Assembly (NCBI GenBank): GCA_013265495.1
Contig: MU058059.1
Location: forward strand, 1,240,001-1,304,000
DNA length: 64,000 bases
Direction: 5' to 3'
DNA from: Vicugna vicugna
Taxonomy: Eukaryota
Part shown: positions 29,245 through 40,795 of the stretch, in pieces
Layout: each line of letters begins with the position of its first letter
Numbering within the stretch: the stretch's first letter is position 1
Position numbers and translations under genes: made by a program
Notes under the pieces: generated by a model
Database searches by the model: none
What the model was told of the DNA's origin: nothing
The model's input: the letters and a program-made list of their open reading frames with translations, nothing else

Positions 29245-29939
29245 TTTTTTAAACTGAAGTATAGTTGATTTACAATGTTGTGTTAATTTCTGGTGTACGG
29301 CATAGTGATTCAGTGATGCACACACATATATAATCTTTTCCAGATTCTTTTTCACTATAGGTTATTATAAACTATTGAATACAATTCCCTATGCTGTACA
29401 GTAGGACCTTGTTGTTTATCAATTTTATATATAGTAGTTTGTATCTGCTAATCCCAAACTCTTAATTTACCCCTTCCTCCTCCCTTTCCCCTTTGGTAAC
29501 CATAAGTTTGTTTTCTATCTCTGTGAGTCTGTTTCTGTTTTGTAAATAAGTTCATTTGTGTCATTCTTTCAGATTCTGCATATAAGTGATACATAATACT
29601 TGTCTTTCTCTGTCTGACTTCACTTAGTACGGTAATCTCTAGGTCCATCCATGTTGCTGCAAATGGCATTATTTCATTCTTTTTTATGGCTGAGTAGTAT
29701 TCCATTGCATAAATGTATCACATCTTCTTTATCCAGTCATCTGTCGATGGACATTTAGGTTGCTTCCGTGTCTTGGCTGTTGTAAATAGTGCTGCTTTGA
29801 ACATCAGGGTGCATGTGTCTTTTTGAATTAAGAGTTTCCTCCAGATTGTGCCCAGGAGTGGGACCACTGGATCAATCATATAGTAACTCTATTTTTAGTT
29901 TTTTAAAGAACCTGCATACTGTTCTCCATAGTGGTCTCA
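29245..29939 (-). mobile_element. 5'-truncated L1 3' end (artiodactyl-type)
   Basis: ORF2 C-terminus MEYYSAIKKNEIMPFAATWMDLE; TSD cctctttct at 29236-29244 and 29940-29948. Confidence 0.88.
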
Positions 29940-30644
29940 CCTCTTTCTATAAGCCTTTTCTCCTTGGAATCCCAAGTGCCTTGTATTCCGAGGGTTTTCT
30001 GACTGTTCAGTGTCCCCGACTTCTGCTCTCCACGTGAACCTTCTCCCACACCTGCTGCTGCATTATCACCTCCCAAGCTAAGTGGTGGGTGTGTAATCCA
30101 AAGAGTAATTCTTCCAAATTTATAAATCTGCTCTGCATTTCAAATATTTGTGGCACAGATAACTTACTTCCTTTGTAGTTTAATATGGGATTGTATGTTG
30201 TGATATTATTTGGAAATTATTGCAGCTTGTAAAAAAAATGTCCTTTTTCTGGTCCCCCTCCCTCCACTTCACTGTCCATAGCAGGTTCTCGATATTAAAA
30301 CCTGCTGAAGGTGAGATTTTCTTTTGTAGCTTGTCTCCAAGAAGGGTACCACTTAGATTCTGCCTACTAATGGAATTTGGAATTCTCCCCAAGAAAAGCT
30401 CTGTCCTCTTGACTTTTCTTAACCACTGGGTAGGTCAGCCCAGGTCTTCCTCCAGCTTCTTTGAAATTAGACGGCAGGGAAAACCCTGAGGAAAACAACG
30501 TGATCTCACAATATGATGAAAATGGCTTTCACTATCATGTTTAACATGTCCCATGGCAGGCAATTACTCACCGCTTTCTCTTTTTCCTTTGTAAATTTGG
30601 ATCCACCATTTGGAAACTCCTGGCTACTATGAAAGCTGGGAGAG

Positions 30645-30895
30645 AGCAGGGTAGTGTGGTAGTTATGAATTCTGGAGTCAGAAGACCTAAATTTGAGTCC
30701 TCACTTTGTCACTAACTGTGTGAGCTTGGGCACAACGCGTGGCCCCTCATCACACTAGGTCCTCATGTGTGCAATGGTGCTATAATCACAGCTACTCAGA
30801 GGCGACTGTCAGGATTAAAATAGGTACTATGCAGAGTTTCTAGGCCAGTACCTGGCACATAGCTTAGTGAGGATCCCATCAAGTGTAGCTGTCCT
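30645..30895 (+). mobile_element. MIR SINE
   Basis: gtagtgtggtagttatga...tctggagtcagaagacctaaatttgagtcc...tgtgtgagcttgggc...cctggcacatag. Confidence 0.8.
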
Positions 30896-30959
30896 CTAAG
30901 TTTGTATAACGTACTCTACAACCAGAAGTGAATCATGTATGCATCTGTGCTCCCCACTA

Positions 30960-31008
30960 AACCAACCAAGCAACCAAGCAACCATCCATCCATCCATCCA
31001 TCCATCCA
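30960..31008. repeat. (CCAA)n(CCAT)n tetranucleotide repeat at an L2 tail
   Basis: accaaccaagcaaccaagcaaccatccatccatccatcc followed by an L2-like aatatttttgaagacctattataagccaagcac. Confidence 0.85.
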
Positions 31009-32419
31009 TTTCCTTGAAAAATATTTTTGAAGACCTATTATAAGCCAAGCACTCACTTGGGTTTGGGGATATGGTGTGAGCAGACCAGAGGAAACCCCAG
31101 CCCTCTGAGAGGTACATTTTGGTGGATTGTGAGTTCTCAGAGTCAGAGAGCCTGTCCATGTAGCTCCATCTGATCCCAGCATAGCACTTCACCTAGAAGA
31201 GTTGCTTATAAAGTGTTTATGTAAGAATGACTGACTGAGTAATGGACACTTCTGCAAAATGAAAAGGGAAGGCAGCTGTGTTAGGCTTCCTCTCAGCTGG
31301 GGCTGGGCCACCCCTCGGAGCGTCATCTCTGGGTTGTGCTGCTGGACCCAGATCTGAGCTTAGCATCCTCGGAGCTCTGGTGTGGCCTGGCTCCGGGTGC
31401 CGTGCCAGGAACTTTCTTCCCAGCGAGCACAGAGTGGGGAAGTGATGGCCCCTGGAGAGACGGCGGTCATTCAGACCGTGGTCTTCATTTTAATTGCAGG
31501 ATGTAATTCTGCACTGAATTCCAAGTGGCAGCCCCACTCAGATGTTTTCCTACATAACTCAGTGCTCTTTTCATTGCTGTGATATATCAGACTACCCATT
31601 CAGCTAATAGTGAGGTCAGGGGAAGGAAATACGGTATTAGGCTGTCTTGCATACTGAGAGGCAGAGAAAGCTTTCAGATCATGGAGCAATTAATTAAAGA
31701 ACAATCAGGAAAATGTTCCTGATAATTCACATCAGGCAGCTACTCACTGTTCCTTTATTATTTCAGATAATATTCATGATTATTGCTTAATTTGCTTTTA
31801 ATGTAGATACACAGTTTTATGTAATCCTTTTGTAATTGTGAAGCAGTTAGAGGTCCAGGTGTTCTGAAATATTTCTGTATTCAATTATCCAACTCTTAGA
31901 AGAATCCTGTTATGCAGTTAACCCAAATTATTACCACAGACATATGCATTCTGTCTCTTGATTGCATGTAAACTATGAACTTACCTGATTTAAATTTTAA
32001 GTCTCACAGCCAAAGCCACATTGCCGTCTCTGTGTGTCTAATGAGTCCATAGTTCCTACTAGGGAAATCCATTAATAGTCAATCAGCAAACATTTCTTGG
32101 GCAGTTACCTTGTACAAGGTATGGCATTGGAGTTTGGGGGCTAGTTATACAAAAATATAGAAGTTTGTCCTTGATCTCTAGGCACTTTTAGTTTTGTTTG
32201 AAAAATAAGACAGGTAACATAGAATGATAACTAATCATGTAAGGCAGTAAACGTTGAGGGTAATGATAAAATTTAAAAAACTGCTGGAGAAATTCCCAGG
32301 AAATGGCAGGCTCTAGGGTCACACTGGTTGTGACAGCCTCATCTGCTTAACTGGTCTCCTCCCCAAGAGTCAGCCTGATGAACTCAAGGGATGGCAGATT
32401 GAGTTTCTTCCTTTGCTAC

Positions 32420-32572
32420 TCCAGGTGTGACTTGAGAGCCAGCAGCTTTGGCCACGCCTGGAAGTTTGTCAGAGATGCAGGATCTCAGCCCTGCCCCCGA
32501 CTTTGAAACAGAATCTGCCTTTTAACAAGACCCCCAGTGATTCACGGAACATAATGTGCTTAAGAACATAGC
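32420..32572. mobile_element. MER5-family relic
   Basis: gtttgtcagagatgcaggatctcagccctgcccc...agaatctgccttttaacaagacccccagtgattc. Confidence 0.7.
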
Positions 32573-33019
32573 TTGGAGACCGATAAATAGCTTTTTTTAG
32601 CTGAGGGGAAATGAGACTCATGTTTGCTAATCTCATTCTCACCCCAATAAAAATAAAGAAATTGAGGCAAATCATTCGTTCAGCAAGTCTCCATGTACCT
32701 GCTGTGTGCCAGGTGCCTGGTAGTTTGTTCTGGTGACACAGTATCCATAAGTAACCCCAGGTGGTTTGGGGATCCATTAATTCTGGTGACTGCAGAAGAC
32801 TCAGGTCTAAAAGCCAAATACATTCTTAAGGCTAGGGGATATTCCGTCATCAACCAGCAAACCTGGGTCACCCCAAGAAGTGGGGTAGATTGGAAACTCT
32901 TATGGGCCAAGAAGGAGGCCTGGGGAAGGAGGGACTCTGACACAGGAGTCAGCACTGCAGCAGATAGAGTTCTGTGTTTGGTGTCCTCCTGTCTGAAGAC
33001 CATACCAGTGGCCCACTTG

Positions 33020-33860
33020 ACATTTTAGTGTGTGTGCCTAACAGGCTTCTTAATGATAAACATCCAAAGGGAATTCTTAATTTTCTCTCATAAGCCTGTT
33101 TTCCCTCTGATCTTCCTCTTGATGAATGGCACCACTATCCATCCATCCAGTTAACCAGCCAAAAAGGAGAAATGATTCTGAACACGTCTGTTTTCCTACC
33201 CACTCCATGGAACCCGTGGGCACTTCCTGTCAGTTCCACCCTCAGCACGTGATCTTGGATGTGTCCCTTTGGGTCCATCTGCACGGGCGCCAGTGCCATC
33301 TTGCCTAGGGGACCGTGCTGGTCCCCGAAGTGGTCTGCTTCTCCTCTGTCTTATCCAGTCTGACCTGCACACAGCAGGCAGCGTGGTCTTAGAAAAGTGT
33401 CCATCTCTTCACACCATTCATCTGCCCCAAACTTTGATTTTCTATTTATCTTCAAAGAAAACTGAAACCAAGAGGCCCTGTTTGATCTGGTCCCGTTGCT
33501 CCCCTCCACCTCCACTCTGCTACAGCCTGACTGACCTTTCAGCTATTCCTTCAGCGCGCTCGGCCCTCTTCCACTTCAGTTATCTGTGCGTGTGTCTCCT
33601 CTGCCCAGCTCTTCCATGCGGCTGCCTCCTGGTCTTTCAGAGCGCAGAGTACTGTGCTGCCTCAGAGAAGCTCTCCCCCAAGTTCAGCTAGTCGGCAGCC
33701 CCGTCCTGTTTACTCATCTCATGGTCCTAATGACAGTCTCCAATCACATTTGTAATTTTTTTGCTCTGCTTGAGTCTGCCTCTCCAGTCAAGGATGTAAA
33801 GCCATGAACTCACCTCTCTTGCTCATTTAGTTTCCAGCACACAAAGGTGTGAATGGGTGA
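33020..33860 (+). mobile_element. L2 LINE fragment
   Basis: gaatggcaccactatccatccatccagtt...ccagccaaaa and a pyrimidine-rich degenerate L2 body. Confidence 0.6.
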
Positions 33861-34437
33861 AGGTTCCAAATCTGTGTGGTGGCTTTCTGTCCTCTCTCAG
33901 GGTAAATCTGAAAGACTCTTTTACTGAATTACCCAACTTTTAGAAGAATCTTGTTATTCAGCGAGCACAGATGATCCGCACAGGCACCCACGTTCTAGCT
34001 TTGCGGACGTGTATGTGTAACTCGGGCGAGACCCATTTTGCATGGAGGAGATGAGCCCCCTCGCCAGCCCAGCACCTAAAGGAAGGAGCACACACACGGC
34101 ACCCAGTCCTCTCCACAGTGCAGTCAGGGGTGTGCTTACAGGATCCACTCCAGACGGCACTGTGGCCACTTGTGTGTAGATGAAACCGCCCGAATGGAGC
34201 GCTAAGGGATGAAACAGAGGTCAGAGAGGGCTGCGTTCCTGCGCCCGGACGGGAAGTGTGGGTGAATCCCTACATTTGGACTTAAACATGAAAGAAAGGA
34301 GGCTTCCAGTTCCCTCAGGTGGTTTAGATTCTTACATCTTCTGGAGCTCTAAGAAATTTGATAATTAAAAGGAAAAAGATAAACAGCTGCCTGTTCCTAC
34401 ACCCCACACAACACTGAGAAGATTCATGCTTGGCACG

Positions 34438-34912
34438 TGTGACGGGCAGGCTGGTGCCCCCTCCCAAAGACATCCATGTCCTAGTCCCCACCCCCCATCA
34501 ACCTGTGACGACGTTACTAACACAGGGGAGATGTGGTTCAGGACACTGAGATGGGGGATTATCCTGGATTATCTGAATGGGCCCAGAGTCCTCACAGTGG
34601 CCCTTAAAGGCTCAGAGGAGAAGAGGTGAAGACAGAAGCAGAGCGGCGGAGTCAGAGATTCGAAGGTGCTTTGCTGCTGACTTAAAGATGGAAGGAAGTG
34701 GTGAGCCGAGGAAGGTGGTATCTTCTAGAAAGCTGGGAAGGCCAGCCAGCGGGATATCCGCGAGGGCCTCCAGAAGGACTGAACCTGGCTGACCTGGGCC
34801 CAGCGAGACCCATGCAGACTTCCGACGTCCAGAGCCGTGGACTCAAGATTTGTGTGGTTCTCAGCCAATGTGTTTCTAGCAATTTGCAGCAGCAGCAAAT
34901 AGGGAACGAACA
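34438..34912 (+). mobile_element. Solo MaLR LTR (MLT1D-like)
   Basis: TG...CA termini; motifs cccaaagacatccatgtcctagtcccc, gattatcctggattatctg, gcccagcgagacccatg and cagcagcaaatagggaac. Confidence 0.8.
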
Positions 34913-36169
34913 GAGAGAGAGAGTGGCTGGTAAAGAACCATCCCTTCTTAGTTTTCTTGTCCACCGATACAGTGCTGCTGGGGTTCCAGAGTCTTCCACA
35001 CGGTCCTAACAGACGTCATAAAACTCAGAGCACTTTCACTCCAGACTGGGCTGCCTCATCCCTTAACTCTTTGCGCCACACACAGTTCTCACAGCTTCGC
35101 TAACTGGCTCTCCGACCCCCAGCAGATTTAAAATAACAAACAAGGATTCACTGGAGCAAAAATAATGACCCTTCCGGTATGTGACAGTGGATGGCCTGAC
35201 TGTGAGAGGAAAGATAGCAAATCCACAGAAGGGCCCCAAGGGACAGGCTGTTTAGTGGTAACAGACGCCGAGGAAAGTGACAGCTCCTGGAGGGAGTGCT
35301 TGCTGACACCACAACGCATTCATTACTCACCGTTTGAATCAGGACCCTGAAGTATGGGAAAAGGTTAAGTCGTGCCCAAGATACCCCCCCCCCCGGGTGG
35401 GGAAGTGTGCTCTACGTTTGAAGCAGGTACCCATCAAAATCAGTTCCAGTGAAATGCTGTGGTGCTGTGAGGTAGCCAGCTATCTGGAAAGGCTTATTCT
35501 CTAATATCAAGCAGTGTGGCATTTCTGTGGGCATCTGTTCTTCTCAGAGAAATGACCATCTGACATGGTTTTCTAGAGGTAATGAAGGAGCTCTCTGCAG
35601 GACTTGATTCCTCTATCCTTTCTGGAAAATGGTGTGAAGTGACGGATGGACTTCCGACTGCTGTTAGAAAAGGCTGCTCCTGCCTTCTCACCAGCCCTTG
35701 AGAATGGCTGTCGGTTGGCAGAGGAATTCTCAGCAAGCTTTGGAGCTAAATGCTTACAGCACAATTAGACAGAGTTGTCATTGACATTTAAACATTTTTC
35801 ATTTGTCACCACCCTGTAAGCATTAACTAATTAAGCTTCATCAGGCACTGAGGTGAAAGAATTACCTCCAACATTCTGCAGATGAAGAGTTCATGTGATA
35901 CTGGAAAGGTCACCTAATGATGTAAAGGAGGGATGGGTCTCCTGTGGGCCAAATGCAGTGTTTTAAAGCATTGGTTCTCCAGAGGAACATGGTGTTACTG
36001 AAAGGAGCCTATGTTTCCATATATATAACCCCAAACATCACATGGATGCTAGTCGTTGGCAGGCATGTAGCATCACCATGGTGCACACTGGGTACCAGTG
36101 CAGGGTGGTCCACATACTATGGCATATGCCCCCGTTCCACCCTCCTCTCCCCTCAGCTGCTCCTACTCC

Positions 36170-36640
36170 AGACCAAGCCCCATCATTTCTCACCTGGGCG
36201 AGGGCAGGAGCCTCCTGACAGATATCCTGCCTGCTCTCTCCCTTGCCTGCTCAGTCCTTCTTCTCCCAGCAGCCAGAGCAAGCTTGTAAAAACCGAAATC
36301 AGATTGATGCCACTCCCCTGCTTCCATCCCTCCCTGATCTACAATCGAGGCCAGTCTTCTCACTTGGACTTCCGACTCCCCTGCTTCCATCCCTCCCTGA
36401 TCTACAATCGAGGCCAGTCTTCTCACTTGGACTTCCGAGCCCTGCAGTGTCTGCTCGCAGCAGCCTCTGGAAAGCCGACCCCCGCTCATTACACTGATCT
36501 CTTTCTCTGCTTTGAACGTCCCAGGGCCATTCTCACCTTCAGACCTTGACACTCGCAGTTGCTCTGATCTTCCCATGACAGCATCTTCCTGTCTCAGCTC
36601 AGATGTGACCTCCTCAGAGAGGTTTCTCGTAACAGTCTAA
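36170..36640 (+). mobile_element. L2 LINE fragment containing a recent 63-bp duplication
   Basis: catcatttctcacctgg...agcctcctgaca...cagcagccagag...tcagctcagatgtgacctcctcagagagg. Confidence 0.65.
36313..36438. repeat. Perfect 63-bp tandem duplication (2 copies)
   Basis: ctcccctgcttccatccctccctgatctacaatcgaggccagtcttctcacttggacttccga at 36313-36375 and 36376-36438. Confidence 0.97.
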
Positions 36641-36751
36641 CCTACAGAGATGGGGGAAGGGGGGTACTGGAATGAGCACTGCTGTTATTCACAGACTGCA
36701 CATTAATTTGAAAATGTTGCTAAAGGCACCATGGATTTTGGTCATTTGGAA

Positions 36752-36920
36752 TTTTTTTTTAATTGAAGTAGAGTTGATTTACAATGTTGTGTTAGTTTCT
36801 GGTGTACAGCAAAGTGATTCAGTTATCCGTATATTCTTTTTCATATTCTTTATCACTGTAGGTTATTACAAGATACTGAAAACAGCTCCCTGTGCTAAAC
36901 AGTAGAACCTTGTTGTTTTT
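36752..36920 (-). mobile_element. Short L1 3' end
   Basis: ttttttttaattgaagtagagttgatttacaatgttgtgttagtttctggtgtacagc; same terminus as the copy starting at 29245. Confidence 0.85.
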
Positions 36921-37935
36921 CCCAATTTACAGTGGTCCATGAAAGCATTTGGCATTAAAATTTGGTCCTGATACTTGTAAAGTTGTAAAAAGGTAAAAAG
37001 GATAAATTCCAGTATGAATGAAAAAAATGACTATTAAATGGGGATACTTAATACTTTTTAAAAAGCTACTTGATACTAAAAATGATGGCACTGGTATATC
37101 CTGTGATAGTTATTAAACATGTATATTTAGAACATTTCTCAAAACTAATTACATTCTGACTTTACTGCTATAGCTGTAAATACCTAGTACAAAGTCAGGC
37201 GTTGATTGGTGGTGGTTTTCTTGCTCCTCAAATATGGAAGAACCTGTTTTTCTAAGCTTCTCAAAGACACGTGAGACTCCACATTTTCCATCAAGACTCA
37301 GAAAGCTTCATGGTAACACAGTCAGGGCCCAGAAAGAAGAGAGAATTACTATCAGTCTCACTGCAGGCACTTTAACTCTCAGATTGTGAAAGAGAAAATG
37401 TATCCTCTATAAGATTTCCATTTGGGGAGCAAACAAGTTTGTTATGTCAGTAAAATGTGAGACTGAAGCCTTATAAGCTGCAAAAATATTTGATGTTTGC
37501 TGACAAAAAGTGAAAAGGATGCAGAATATTTTTAAAAAGATAAAAAAAAAACCCCAAACTTGGAGGAAATGTATACCGTGCAATGGGAGAACAAGGTATG
37601 GGATTGCGTTGTCTCTGAGCCAGTGGGCCCCTGGAACCCATGGTGCAGGACCCAGAGAGGGTGGAACTGCTCTGCGCAGTGGCAGGAGGAGTTGAGGGGA
37701 AGAATTTGGGGTGTGGTCCAGGAAGTAGAGAGGGTGGGAAGAGGAGAGGATTCTGGGTAAGGCGCTGACGTCAGAAGCATCCGTGATAAAGAGACAGTGG
37801 ACAAAGAATGGCCAAGAGGATATTTAAGGACAGGAAATGTACTTTGGGATGTTCTGTCATTGAAAATGTGTTGAATATGGAACCTTTTCTCCGGATCCTC
37901 CATCGTTGAGCAAAGCTGGCTTTGTATAATGGGGC

Positions 37936-37963
37936 GTGTGTGTGTGTGTGTGTGTGTGTGTGT
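37936..37963. repeat. (GT)n microsatellite
   Basis: About 14 uninterrupted GT units. Confidence 0.95.
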
Positions 37964-40795
37964 ATTGAGGACACCCCTGAATTTCACATCTGTTTAGCAA
38001 GACAATTGAAAAAGTGGCTGTGAGAACATAAACCTTTCAGGAATTCACAGGTTTCTTGGCTTTACGTGTCCACAGGGAGTTTAGCCTAATCTGACAGTTC
38101 CTAAGAGTCTGGGAGGCCACAGCGACGCCTGGGTTATGACTCCTTAGAAGCTTCCAGGGGCTTGTGGGCCGGAAGAAGTAGTGAAGGACTCACTTTAGTG
38201 CATTCTTAATGATGGAAGTTGCTGGTGATATTTAACTGGGAAGTCATAGCTTTTCTCATACTGTCTTATGCCTCTTTATTTGAAGGACAGACTTCAGTGC
38301 TGCACACCAACACTGGGACACTTTTCATTAGAGTTTTACTAAATTCCTACCTAGGCACATGCTCGGGGATGACAGAAACAAATCTAGTTTCGCTGAAGAA
38401 AATTCCCTAAGGTGTGATGGGACAGTGGTTTCCCAAACGTTTGGGAAATAACAGTAAGTACTGAGCAGAGAGGTGTTTGTCTTTCAAAACGTTATTGGAG
38501 TTTTTGGGGCTATGCCAAACTCACAGTGGTAGAAAAGGCAGCTACAACAGATGTGAAGTCATCATATTTTAAGTCTGATGCAATTTATTCCACACAGCAC
38601 ATTTTTATTTAAGTGGGAAAAAATAGTTTTGAAGTAATTTAGTTAAAGAGTATTCCCTGGGGCAGCACCTGAAAATAACAGAACTCAGGTATACGAGAAG
38701 CGGGAGAGGGACTTCATTTGGGCTTTAGTCTGAATTTCTATTTGCAAGTTATTGTGGTTCTTTATTAAGCCAGCCAGTTGGCTTGAGGCTTGTCATGTCT
38801 CCAGTTCTCAATGACTTTATTTCATATACATTTCATATATTTTAAATGTGCCCTTTGAACACATTATTATGAAATGTTATATGAGAATGTCAATCTCCCA
38901 ATAAAAAGAGAAGACGGTTTCAGTTTTGTGTCTGAGAAGATGACTCAGTGACTTGGAGAGAAATCTACTGCTCAAACAAATGTAGTTAGGGAGCAGAGGC
39001 TGCAGTGACATCTCCTATCCTCTGGGAAGAAATCATTCTCTTTCCTGTAGGATACAGTGACAGTTATAGGAGTCTGTACCACATTCTGGAAATGGGCAGA
39101 AATATGTAGCTGGCAGGTTAGCTTTCAAAGGGACCACCACCTGTGTGGAGAGGGAAGCTTCCGTGTTGGTTGGAGTCTGAAATGAGTCCTCACTATCTGT
39201 CAACACTGAAGATTAGAGAAGGCTGTCGCTTTATCAAACCTGACAGTGCAACTTTCTGGAAATTCGCCTCTAGCAAAGTAGCACCTAAGTGGTGATGGGG
39301 AAACTTTTTAAGAGGAAGGGGGTGGAGGCAGTGATGAGATCTGCCATGTCTCCCCTCCCCCGACTCCTCCTCTTGTGTCTTTCCCTTCCCCCTAGTTAGT
39401 TCCATTTTCCATGATTAACTGGACACCCCCCCCACCCCATTCTCTGGGCACACACACTTACTCAGCCTAGGAAACTCCAGAGAATTCCTAAAAGCTCTAT
39501 TCAGTTTGAAACTCCCTCTGTCCAGTACCCACGGAGCCTTAGGTTAAAGCCGCAAGATTGCAAAAAAATGCAAAACTCATTCCAGACCAGTTGCCACTCT
39601 CCACTGGAGCAGGTCAGTGATTTCTCAGGGACAGGTCTGCATTTGTCTGGACAGCATGATATGGCCACCAATGAGTCACACAAACAGCTTGTCTGTGGTT
39701 TGTAAAGGACAGTGTGGATAGTTTACGGGCTTGGAATTGACCCTTCTGCCAGCTTCATCGCCCTCACCATCGTCACGTGGGATCCTACACTTTTTTTTTT
39801 CTTCTCAGAGACTTCAAAGGCCCTAAAAGGGACCACTAGTGTGGAGAAGGAAGCTGGCGTGTTTGTTGAGATTTGAAATGAATCGTCATTATCAACATTG
39901 AACATTAAGGTACATTGCTGCTTTATTAAACCTGACAGTGCAATGAAAATGAAGAAAGCAGCAAGTTCTTTGCCTCCCTGGAGTATGGTGAATGTTATCA
40001 ACGTGCTTTTTTAGAAGTTTGTTGCAAATAAATGCCTCTGGGCTTCAGATATTTGTAAGGATAATTTGTATTTATCGAAAACCTACCATATGTCTGATAC
40101 GCTGCTTGGCATTTGGTATACTTGAACTTTGAAGATCATTGAATCCTTCCTAAGGATTGATCTACTGCCTGCACTTAACAGACGAGAAAATTGCAGCTCA
40201 AGGATGCTGGGTCAGGCCACCAGTAGACACCCAACCAGGTGGTTTTGCGCCATAATCTGGTCTTTCCATCGTATGAAGTTTCCCTCTTTATGCGAGAAGG
40301 AAAAACTGTGGGACAATCATTTGCCACCAGTCGGGGCAAGGTGGGGGTAGGACTTTGTTTTGCTGTAGGTCAGTAATTGGCCTAATAGGAAATGAAATGG
40401 AGAGGAGAACATTTGCTTCTCCAGATGGAAAAATGTTACCAGTTTATTTAATAGTTTTGCAAGTGATTTGGCTCAGAGAGTACATAGTGAGATCTCCAGA
40501 ATTAAAGATAGAAGTGAAATGTCAAACTGACAGGGATAAACCATGGCAAGATCTCATGAGGTTTCTTGAGCGGGTAGAGAAATAGCAAATGAGCTCTTGC
40601 GTGGGCAAGTGTAAGGCGGTATATTCAGGGAAAATAATGCAAGCTTTACTTGTGCTACCTCTTGTTTTCCATACAGAAAAAGAAGTTTAGAATCAATGTA
40701 AAATAGTATAAAATACACACTAGTCCATATTTTGGAAGATGTTTTAGATCTGTTATTTTCTGACGTTCATAAGGTAGCAGGGAGCAAAAGCAATT

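Noticed and set aside
31716..31727. 12-mer ttcctgataatt shared with 55045-55056
   Set aside because: Many 12-mer matches are expected by chance in 64 kb.
35944..36549. 201-aa ORF with an internal repeated peptide
   Set aside because: Non-ATG start, overlaps a decayed L2, and the repeat is simply the 63-bp duplication.
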